Positions 10,379-22,289 of a stretch of 35,670 nucleotides of DNA are shown here, in pieces. The notes under the pieces are model-generated. The model did not search any database and was not told the DNA's origin. It saw only the letters and a list, made by a program, of their open reading frames with translations. The translations under genes were made by a program, and so were the position numbers. Origin of the DNA: Octopus bimaculoides (taxonomy: Eukaryota); assembly GCF_001194135.2 (NCBI RefSeq), contig NC_068983.1, positions 124,107,350-124,143,019 of the forward strand, given 5' to 3'. Every line of letters begins with the position of its first letter. The first letter of the stretch is position 1.

Positions 10379-13300
10379 CTGCATTTGGAAGAAAAAGAAA
10401 TATTCACATGAGATAAAGTTACATATAATTCATGAAATTACTGTTTCATTACATTACCATAAACAGTTTATTTTATAAGTGGTATATATTGAAATGACAG
10501 TATACTATATTTAAAAACAGTATGTGTAAGTGGGGAGTTGAAATAGAAAAACTACAAAGTCTACTTGAAGTACATCCTTCAGTCCTATGCCGAAAGTGCA
10601 ACTGTAACCAGGTTAAAAACTGTAATACATATAATACTGCTGTTTGGGATTGAAAATTGGAACAAAGCACTCTTCTGTGTGAGTTTAACTGTATTTTAGG
10701 AAGAACTCCCTGTCGAAAGATCTCTTGCTTGCTGATTTTTTTTGTTTTTATCAAACAAATTCCGAGGAATTTTCCTTTTTCTATTTCTGAGTATAATGGT
10801 AGTTAATACCTCAAGCAGAGAGTTAAAATTTGGAGATATTTTAAAAGTGGGGCCTCTCAGCATATTGGTAAGTGTAATTATAATAATAAGAGGACTAATT
10901 TGTTGGGCTTTAGAAAACCTCTGAATGGAGGAGATGAAGGCATATACTGGAATGCTTTTTTGAATGGAAGTTGTGCAGCTTCCAAATTACAGAAACGAAC
11001 TGGAACACCAAGTCGGATCTGAGACAAGAAATCAATGCTCAAGAATAGATGTCTTATAAATATACATGTAATCCACTTTCAACCTATTTGGGCAGGTGAA
11101 AGTGAAAAAACAACAAGTAAAAACTATTTTCACAACATATACCAATGATCATTATATTATTCTTTTATTTGTTTCAGCCATGCTGGAGCACCGCCTTTAT
11201 TCGAACAGATCGACCCCAAGACTTATTCTTTGTAAGCCTAGTACTTATTCAAGCAAACACTGCAAAGTGGTTGGTGTTAGGAAGGGCATCCATGTTGTAA
11301 GAAGTATTGTAAAACAGGTGGTGTTATGAAGGGCATTTGGCTGGAAAATACTGCCTAAAAAGTCCAACTGAAACTTTGCCAGCAAGGAAAAGTAGGGACA
11401 AAAAAAAAAAAAAAAAAAAAAAAGTTACTGCTTTGTCCTCAATATGTATGAGAGAGAGAGAACACCTCTTAGTTTGTTTTTTTTAAATTAACCTATTAAA
11501 TTGAGAGGATTAAAATATTTGTCAACCAAAACTATTACAAAGAATTTAAATGACAAACATTTGGAACAGTTATTGAGTTTTACCTGAAGTTCCTTTACTT
11601 AAGCAATCAATTCCTAGTCTACAATTTTTCTCATTTAATTGTCTTGACTTGACTTCTGATAATGTTCGAATGGATGACAGTCCACTATTTTCTGCCAAAG
11701 CCAATGGAATTGATTCTAATGCTTCAGCAAAAGCTCTCATAGCATATTGTTCAATAGTTGAAATCTGAAAGGGCAATTTTTACTATCAATATCATAAGTG
11801 CCATAAGAATCTAATATAGAAACAGTTAAAAAAATAGAAGAAAAAGTTTAATAAAGACAAATTTATTATATAAAAACAAATTAAGGTAAATGAAAAATAA
11901 TGCTGAATTAAAATTTTCTGAGAAAACTTATAACACATTACAAAACATTAACTCTAAGAACACATAATTAACATTGCTTGAGCATGAATATAAGTAACAA
12001 ATATTTGTTTATCAACTTATGATATTGCTTGGTACTATAGTTTTACAAAAACAGGAACCATTTAGCTGTTTTATAACACTAAGTTATTTTTAATAAATAG
12101 TAAACAGAAAAATAAATTACTTTGTCAGTCATCTGCTCCACTGCCAATGAACAAGAAATTTCAGCTGCTCCACCACCATAAACAATGCGATTATCTTTCA
12201 AAATATTGCGAATGACACACAATGCATCATGAAGACTCCTCTTTGCTTCTTCAATGATCTTAAGTTAAAAAGTAAAATTACAATTTATTTTATAAGTATT
12301 CGTCAAAATCAGTCCATCATCAATTATTACAATGTTAATGATATATATATATATATATATATATATCTCATCATCATCATCATCATCATCATATATGTAT
12401 AAATATTTTGCTTTTGTAAATCATCTTTAACTCAAAGGTAAAGCTATAAATAATAGCATAGAGGGAAACAAAGTTGACGGCTGTTGGTAGGACATGAACC
12501 TACATCTATAAATATGATTGATGAGCTAATCACTATACAAAGCAATACTTTAAATTTTCACAATCTATTTTAGAAGTTTTGCTCTTAGCTAAATATNNNN
12601 NNNNNNCGAAAACTGCAACAAACTACAGCTGGTGAATGTGTAGTGTATATTAGCCAAAATCCCCACCCTCATGTGCCTACAAAACAGTTATTTCAGTTTT
12701 CCCAGTAGTGCAGGGAGAAAAAAAAATATTGCAAAACCCCAATCCATCAAATGTACCCATTTTAAAATTTACTTTTGTATGCAAACAAATATATGCTTAG
12801 AAGTGATACTGGATCAAATGCCTCCAGGTGCAAAAAGTAAGTATGAACAAAAAACACGTTAATGTATATCACAAAGTCTTGTTATGATGAATACATTACT
12901 TGAAGATAAAAAAAGCTTACAAATTACTGTTATATTTGAGGGAAGTTTAGACAAAATATTTATTATGGCCAAATAATATAGAAATTTCTCAGAAAACTTA
13001 CCATCTTATTTCCACCTCTTATAAAAATAGTGACAGCTTTGGAATTGTGGCAGTCTTCAATAACCAACATACGATCTTTAGTAGTCCCAAATGTTAGCTC
13101 ACGGACAATTCCAGCCTTCCCAAGTTTATCAGTTGTTAACTCAGAAAAGCGGGGTACAATACGACCTCCAGTGGCAATAGCAATGAGCTGGAAAGAAATT
13201 ACAATTAATTTATTCAGTATCTTAGTAACTAAATGCTTTTTTTAAGAACTGTTCTTTCATCTCAGTATAATACAGGTAGGACAGTTTTTGGAAATGTGAA

Positions 13301-16300
13301 TCAGTGGAGCAATTAGTTGTATAGATCCTCTTCTCTACTTACACACACATCAGAAGAATCAGTTTAAACTTGAGATAACATTTAGAAGACTAGAGTAAAC
13401 TGCCATCTTTCTTTCTATTCACAAAAAGACCTTATAAAGTTGACTTTGATGAAATCTGAACTCAGAATGTAAAAAGCTCAAATAGGACACCAACAATTCT
13501 GCCAATCTGCCAACTTTATGACAATTGTAATACTAAGAAACATAGTACCCTCAGAGCAACCACTAAGAGGCTAGTAGTTGGTAGATCTTGGGTCTGAAGG
13601 GATAATCAATCAATTCTTTCATCTTTGCAAGAAGAGTTATATTGATCAGTTTCCTCTTGTATTTCAATTATTCTGAGATACCTTTAGATGTAATTATAGC
13701 ATTGCTCTGCTAAATTTTAGAAGCAGTATAAAAATGGGTGCATCTTTTTTTTTTATATATATTTTTTAAGTATAGAAAGCCACTGTCACAAATACCAAAA
13801 CCATTTTGACACTTTCATGACTAGAGTGGTACAGTTATTTTTTAATTGAACTTAAGAACTATTTGAGTGAAAATTTATAAAGTTTCAAGCAAAGGTACTT
13901 TGACAGGGTAGTGTAGTTACATAATGGCCAGTGAAAGTGAAAAAGTCATAAAAAGGTTAAAAGATACAGACAAGACAGTAAATGAGAGAGAATAGTAGAT
14001 TGCGAGAAAGGTAATATGAAGGAAGAGTTATTCAAAGAGCAAGAAAGTGAGAGAAGTGGTTGGTGTAATAGTAGTGGAAGGAATGGAAAAAAGACAGCAA
14101 TGCAAGCTAATCAATTGTTCCCATGTTTGGGAACAATTGCACTTAGTTTTATTATAAATATGTTAAAATTTGTTTCAAGTACAATATCAAGCTTAAGTGC
14201 TGTAAGTAGAAATAAATCATAAAATGTTACTCAATGGAGACAATAACTGACTTCTTGATGTCAAGATTGTTTACGTAGATATAGAAAAAGGGTTAAAAAA
14301 TGCCAACAACTCACTTCAATTTCTGGTCCTCCAACCCAACGGACAGCAGGCAGTTCTTTTTGAAGCAACAGGTGGTTAGCTTCATCATCAAATCCCCACT
14401 GGCAGATTACCAAGTTACAACCAGTACATTTTACCTAAAATACAAAAAAGTTACGTATTAAGTAATAGTAGTCTGATTAAATAAAGTGAAGCTATAACAC
14501 TTCACAAACTCCATATAATGTCCACAAGTAAAACATCACACATATCAGATTAGTTTTAAATAAGACATCCAACTAACATGATACAAAGATAAAACTTGAT
14601 TTATGTTAGCACACTAAACATTCAAATAGTTGAATACTATAAGAATTATACTTCTAAATGGTTTAAAGAATGACCAAGACATTGGCCAAAAACGCAATGT
14701 CAATCTTAAACTAATAAAAACTACTAACCAATGTCAGAAATTACCATAAAAATGGATTACTAAACATTTCAAGAAATAGGTGTGACTGGTGTGTGTCATA
14801 CACAAGACATGATATAAACTGAGAAGCAGAATCGATTTAATGAAAACATTTTGGAATATTTACACATGCATTCACTCATTTAAATAGATAAAATGCAAAT
14901 TATTGATCCACAATCTCACTCTAAGATTGCATACACTCCTATCAAACATGCACACATAGAGCCTCTATGTGCATACATGATCCCACTTTCTACTACTTCA
15001 TTGAAGTTTAACTACAATTTGTTGAGTAATGGAAGAAACAGCAAATCATTTAGTGGAAAACACCTCAATGTATGAGAAGCATCTGCACAAACTTCCTTCT
15101 CAAACACAGCAGATACAAATTTACCCACTTGCCATTTAATGACTAGCATAACAGTATCATTGTAAATTGATAGAAGGGCAAAGATGCATAGAAAGAGGAA
15201 TCTACAGAGGTAACAAACTGCTGAACCAGCTTATGAAAGTTTCAGAGAGTTATTGCAAAAGCAATCAGGAACAGGAAGTAGCTTGTTTTGTGCCAGACAA
15301 CTAGAAAAGAGGCTGAGAGTAAACCTCTACATCTAGCATTCATCAACCTAGAGGTTTTTGATAGGGTCCCATGTTGTGATCTGATGGTAGTGAAGGAAGT
15401 GAGGGAGTAGATGACTGGTTTGTGAGGACCATACAAGCCATATACAGAGGTGCAGTCAGTATGTACATTGGGGGTCCATCAGGATCCAGTTTTCAGCTCT
15501 CTCCTGTTTATTGTTTTAAAACCATGACAGAGAAGTTTAAGGCTGGTTGTCTGAAGGAACTCCTGTTCACTAACAACTTTGTCTAAGAGCAGAATGTGTA
15601 GAAAAAATGCAAACACAGGAATAAAGCCTTACAGTAAACATAGTACAGACTAATGAAATGAATCTAGGTGTCATGTGTAAGGCAGAGTAAAAAAGGTGAA
15701 GACAGTCTGGAAAGATGAGGAAAAAGTGGGGCAGCAAAGAACAATATTAAGTAGCCAGAAGAGAAGCTAGACAACAAATTTGCATAGCAGAGAAAAAAGA
15801 TAAAATACTTTGTGATGAGAGGAGCAGAGGTGTGAGGGTGTCCTGGATTACAAAGGAGTGTTCAAAATGACAGTTATGCACTAACATTCAATGACACAGA
15901 AAAAAATAGGCTTGGAAATGTTACTGAGTGAAGTTATTGAATATGGAAAATGTATCATAGGAAGAGGGACTAAACCAAATACACACATAAATGGGAATCA
16001 GCTACCGAAGTGAACAGCTTCAGTGTTCAAATGACCATTAAGGACATGAAGGCAGAGAAAGCTGTAGCTCTATAAGGGATACTTGTTGAGATGCTGAAAA
16101 TATCTCGAGGAGTAGGAACTCAAGTTTGTCACACACAAAGTCAACCAGTTAGTTGAGAGGGGTGTCAAATACAATAACTGGCAGAGCAGTACCATCATCT
16201 AATGCTAAAAAGGCAAATGACAAAGAAGCAATTACAAAAGCATAAGAGTGATGGATCAAGTTATGAAAGTAATTGAAATGATTAGAAAGAAAACCAATTT

Positions 16301-19300
16301 AGATGAGAGGTGGTTTAGATTTGTTTCAAGTTGGGGTACTACAATGCTTTCTGCCAAAGGTAACTACGAGAAGTTTTTAGCAGAGTCTACTATGATACCT
16401 TGCATTCATGGATGTGCAGAAGGCCTGAAAACTAGGTATAAATGAATGGCTTGTCAGAGTGATGAAGGCCATAGAGATGCTGTTAGAAAGTGAAAGTGAC
16501 AATTCAGTATAGAATTTAGTGTGCAAGTATGTGTACATCTAGTCTTGGTTCTCAGCCTACTCCTGTTTATTATGTTCCTCTAAGTAATAACACAGATTTT
16601 AAGACCAGTTGCTTAGTCCTGCAAACAAAACCTAGAATGAAGTGGCCTCAGAAAATACTTAGCAAAGACTAAAGTTTTAGTAAGTAGGAAAGAAAATAGT
16701 ACTGCTGTCATCTGGGAAATGGATGTGTCATATAGAAAAGGAGTAAGTAAGAATTTCATATAATGTATCAAATGTAAACTATGGGTGCACAACAAGTATA
16801 GTGGAATTACAAGTAGGCTAGCAAAGAAAAAAGACCTTGCATGCAGCAGATGGGCAGACGTTGTTAGCAATCAGCAAACAAGTAAAATAAATTTACTTCC
16901 AATATTCAGAATAGTTGATAGCTTCCATTAAGTGATCTAATCAGCAGTGGAGGAGAATGCTTTAAAAGTACAAAGGAGATGACAAAAGAATCCCAGAAGT
17001 AGTGAGACACTGTATTGGAAAACACCTGTATACCCTATGCAAGCACAAAAAAGTGAATATAAAAAATATTAACCAACAAAAATATTTAAGCTGAATACCA
17101 ACAACACTGATCACATCAGTCTGGAAGTATCTAATATAGATTGTAGAAAAATACCAAAGCACCGACCACATAAAAAAAAAAGTGTTGATAATCATTGTTT
17201 AACAGTAAAATTATAATAAAAATATGTAAGTAAATGTAATTAAAATGTATAATACACAAAAATTAAAGTGAAGATAAAAATGTTATTGACCTGTTAACAT
17301 TTACACAAGCTAAAATTTGAGAACAGTTTATATAAATTAAAAATATATTAATGAATAATATTAATATTATTTACCTGGTCAACCATTTCATTAAACTTAT
17401 GAGTTTCATAGTCTCTTAATTTTTTGTAATCTTCAACAGATGAAACATCTAACTTATGCTTAGTTTTTGGTTTTGGTGGTTCAAATGGGCAGGTAAGTAT
17501 GGCAATTTTTGCATCTTTCACTTGCTGTAATAAAAATTATAGACTCATAAAATTGAAATTTGGTGTAATCTCAACAAAATACACCTAAGTTATTGTATTT
17601 GAAAGATGTTTTTTACAACAATTTTCTTTGTTGTATAAAGTTGCTGATTTAATACATAAATATATATAAATACACATCTACTTCAGTTTTCAGATGAAAA
17701 GAATTTTAATCATTATTTCATGTTTGTTCTAAAATAACTTGGATGTTTGGTCAATCAGCTATTAATCTTGTGAGTTGTTTCAATTTCTAAGATAGTCTAC
17801 TTGTTTTAGAAAACAGACTGCATAAAAATTGGAATTACTAAACAGAACTTGTTAAAAGATCAACAGACTTACTTTGGGCATTTGTGGATGACTCATATCC
17901 TTATCCACAACAACTCCTTTAACTAAAACAGTGTCTTCAAGCTTTCCACCAACTTTACCATCAACTTTTATCAATTCAAAGTTAATATCTTTTCTTTCCA
18001 AGTCAGCAACTGCCAGAACAGCATCTACAGCAATTGTAGCCATTTGGCGGTGACATTTGTTAATACTGGAAGAAAGAAAATATTGTTCTTATCAATCATA
18101 TCAACAAAAACTGAAATTCATAACAGTATAAACCTATATTATGAATTCATTAGAGAGAACTGATAATAGAACACTCACAATCACTTCAAATGCTAAACTT
18201 TGACACCGCTGAGGATCTGATGATTACACAACTGCAACAAACACTGCATCTCTCAAAGAGTTCCCTTCCACTTCAGAACCAGAAAATACTTTAGAGCCCC
18301 CAACAACCACTAACTCTCTACAAAGTTAGACGAGCTCCACATCTGGGACAATGCTGCTGATACACTAACAAATATCTTAAGTGCATCAAAAAAAGTTACC
18401 TGATTAATAAGTATAAAGTTGCCCACCAGCACACCTCAATGCACAAATGATCCAATTGCCTCTCCTCACACTCATACTGTTCCCATAACCCATAGTAACC
18501 ACTAAGTCCAGCCCTTTTGCTCTAGAATATCAACAGCAAAGATTCTGTAGCTTGCACGTTTTTTGTGTCCTGCAGCTACTGATTTGAAACTACTCAAAAG
18601 CTATGTTGATGACATTAACATCACTGGCCTTGAAGGCTGTGATCGCTTCTCCTCCAGGACACTAACTGAATATTAGAAAAGGTTAAGGTTCTTTCAATAG
18701 TGTCAAGTAATCTTTAATATTCAAATTTTCATAAAACTTACATTTTAGAACCTAAAGTAGTCATTGCCAGTTGAATTAAAGGTTCTTTGTTGTTAGGTCC
18801 AGTTTCAAAAACTTCACTTATGTCATGAAGATGATCAACAGCAATTGTAGCAGCCATTTCAAAACCATCAGCAATACGGATAGGATGAATTCCTTTGTCT
18901 AGCAATTTCTCAGCTTGTTCCAACAAAGCACCAGCCAATACTATAAAAAAAAAAAAAGGTGGAAAAGATATATGGAGAGGTTGTCGAGTGCAAAGTGAAT
19001 GGCACTGCAGAGATAAGTGTGAAAGAAGTTGAGAAAGCAACAAGAGTAATAAAGAGTGGAAAAGCAAGAGACCCAACAGGAGTTGAAGGAGACATAAAAA
19101 ACAGCAAGAAGTCGGGATGTTAAGAATATGATTGATGGATATGTCAGCTCCCTGGGCTGTGGTTAGAAGAGTATAATTAAGTTATTGGAACAGAGTAGGA
19201 GAATCTTGGAAAGATAAAGAAAATGAATTTGATGAAATAAAGTCTGGATTTATGATAAAAAGAACAAATGCAGATAGTTTATTTTAAGTACAGGGACATG

Positions 19301-22249
19301 AGCACTGAAAGAGAAACAAAACATTAGTTTAATTAGAGTACCGATGACATATATTCTTACCAACAACACCAGTAGTTCCATCACCAATCTCATCATCCTG
19401 GGATTTGGAGAGTTGTACAAGTAATTTTGCAATCTGATGTTTTACATCCATCATGGTTAGGATAGTTGCACCATCATTAGTTAAGGTTACATCACCATCT
19501 GAACTGACCAACATTTTATCTAGCCCCTTAGGGCCCAGGGATGTTCTCAATATGTCAGCAACATTTTTCGCAGCCAAAATATGCGACTGAAAAAATAAAT
19601 AAAAATCATTACTAATACTAGTTCACTTAAACTTTTAATTCACTAGACACTAGACAAACACATTCAAATCTGAAATGATTAACTTGTAAGGTCAAAATGT
19701 TTTACACATAACTGATCACAATATTTAGTTTGGAGTTGAAGCCTCACTGAAGTCAACTTTACCTTATTCTTCAGTTCCTAAAATGTGCACTTGCAACATT
19801 ACTCTACACTCCTCCACATTAAAAACTGGTTTGGTTGATTATCTCAATAATTCAGATTTTCAAGTAATGACATATTGGAAAAATCAGCAATAAAACTGTA
19901 TCATTTGTACAGTGCAATATGTACTCTGATCAATAGAGGAATTGAAGAAATAAGCTAAATTATAATGAAACTTAACCCTTTTGCTTCATAGTTGTTGAAA
20001 TACAATAACTTTGTTTCAAGTAATTTCAAAAATACTGAAGGTTTGAGTTTAGATAATTTTAGAATGGGAAGTTTGTATCATAGAACAAAGGACAGTCTCA
20101 GGTGCAAGATGTAGCAAATATTACCTTAATTTCAAACCTTCCAAATCTAAGTCATCATCATCATCGTTTAACGTCTGCTTTTCATGCTGGCATGGGTTGG
20201 ATGGTGTGACTGAGGACTGGTGAGCCAGATGGCTGCACCAGGCTCCAATCTGATCTGGCAGAGTTTCTGCAACTGGATGCCTTTCCTAATGCCAACCAAT
20301 GTTCCACTGGCATGGGTGCCAGTCAGGCAGTGCTGTCATTGGCTACATCAGCGAATTTGATTTTGATTACACTTGCCTCAACAGGTTTTCACAAGCAATG
20401 CATAAGTAGGCTGGTTACACCGCTGGCATAGGCCATGGATTATGGTCTCACTTGGCTTGCCGGGTCTTCTCAAGCACANNNNNNNNNNCACTTGGCTTGC
20501 CGGGTCTTCTCAAGCACAGCATATTTCCAAAGGTCGTGCTTCACCACCTCATCCCAGGTCTTCATGGGTCTACCTCTTCCACAGATTCTCTCAACTGCTA
20601 GGATGTGACACTTTTTCATACAGCTGTCCTCATCCATTTGCACCATATGTCCATACCAACGCAGTCGTCTCTCTTGCACACCACATCTGATGCTTCTTAA
20701 GTCCAACTTTTCTCTCAAGGTGCTTACACTTTGTCGTGTATGCACACTGACATTACACATCCAGCGGAGCATACTGGCTTCATTCCTTACAAGCTTACAT
20801 ATGTCCTCAGCAAAAGATAAAAGCAACACTCTTCAAATCAAACACTACGACTGTTTTCTTCTTCATTGGCATGGGTTGGACAGGTGCATTAACCAAAAAA
20901 CCCAGATGCAGCTGTGTCAGAAAAGATTCAAAATCTACAGCTTTTACTCCATTATTGCCTTTCTTAGTTTATGACTATAATGGCTACATTTTACCAACTT
21001 ATCAATACTTTTATCTTGCATGTGCTTAGTTGCACCAAATGAAGTGTAAAATTTCCACTTATTTTCTATCACCTTAGTTACAAACCTTCTATCAAGTCAA
21101 ATTTCTTTAATGATTTGCAGGGTTTTAGTGAACATTCATTTCAAATTTGTCTTATGTAATCAACAAGTTCCAAATTACAAAAGATAAAAAATTCAAAATG
21201 AACAACCTTACAGTTTTCAAGCAAAGCTTCTTAACTTGGAATTTCTCTCAGCAATTTTATCTGGTTTATTCACACCCAACTTCTCGCAACAGACCTCAAA
21301 AATGGCAACACTTTCACAAGTTTTCTCTATGCAGTTGCCTTAGAACTCGAGCATTATAAGTACAAAAACAACTAGTAGTTTTTTTATGTCGTTCTGTAAC
21401 AAATAGGTACTACTAAAGCAGCGCGGACCCGTCCGCGCTAGCTAGTCTTGAGTGGTCGATCCTAACCCTAACCCTAAACACGTATTCATTTGCACACGCA
21501 GGTTAGGATCGACCACTCACGACTAGCTAGCGCGGACGTGCGACTGCGCGTTCGGGTCCGCGCTGCTTTAGTAGTACCCCCTATCCCTAACCCTAACCCG
21601 CGTGTGCAAATGAATACGTGTTTAGGGTTAGGGTTAGGGTTAGGATCGACCACTCACGACTAGCTAGCGCGGACGCGCGACTGCGCGTTCGGGTCCGCGC
21701 TGCTTTAGTAGTACCTAACAAATATTTTAACAAGATGAGGAATTATAAATTATATATTGTCATAGGCGGACTCTAGATTGCTCTAGAAAATGTGTTCCCT
21801 ACAAAAGTAGTATCACAACTGAAAATGAAAATCTTTCGAATAACTAATTATTTTAACAGAACCGTATAAGCTGCTGTAGAATAACGTTTTTTGCTGTCCT
21901 CAAAGTTCTTCACATTACTGCTCTAGTAGCAGGATTTTCTTTTCATGATTTTAAAAAGAGTATCATAGTACTACAAATAGTCTATCGATATCAAGAGGCA
22001 TTCTTTCGATAAATAATTTGATGTTAAATTTAATTTGTGTCAAAATATTTTCGTCGCTTTGAAACCGCGACCTGACAAGACTTCGTGATGAGTTAAAAAT
22101 TTCATTCAATTTAACAAATAAATCGACCAGAGCGTAAAAGAACTTCGACCAAATCAAACTGTGCAGCAAAGCTATCTTGTCATAGGATGGAAAGTAGCAG
22201 TTAAATTCTTCTTTCAGATAACATCTATAAATTAAAAAAGGGTTGCGTT

Positions 22250-22289
<40 letters not shown>

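Noticed and set aside
10742-10924. Antisense ORF with FHA-like [12 protein letters not shown] and a gtaagt donor inside CCT5 intron 9
   Set aside because: A very short motif with no other exons in frame; compatible with chance.
20449-20518. 30-bp direct repeat
   Set aside because: It flanks a 10-N gap exactly, which is typical of unmerged overlapping contig ends.
21963-22253. 96-aa minus-strand ORF in CCT5 intron 1
   Set aside because: No recognisable domain or splice signals, and composition typical of AT-rich non-coding frames.
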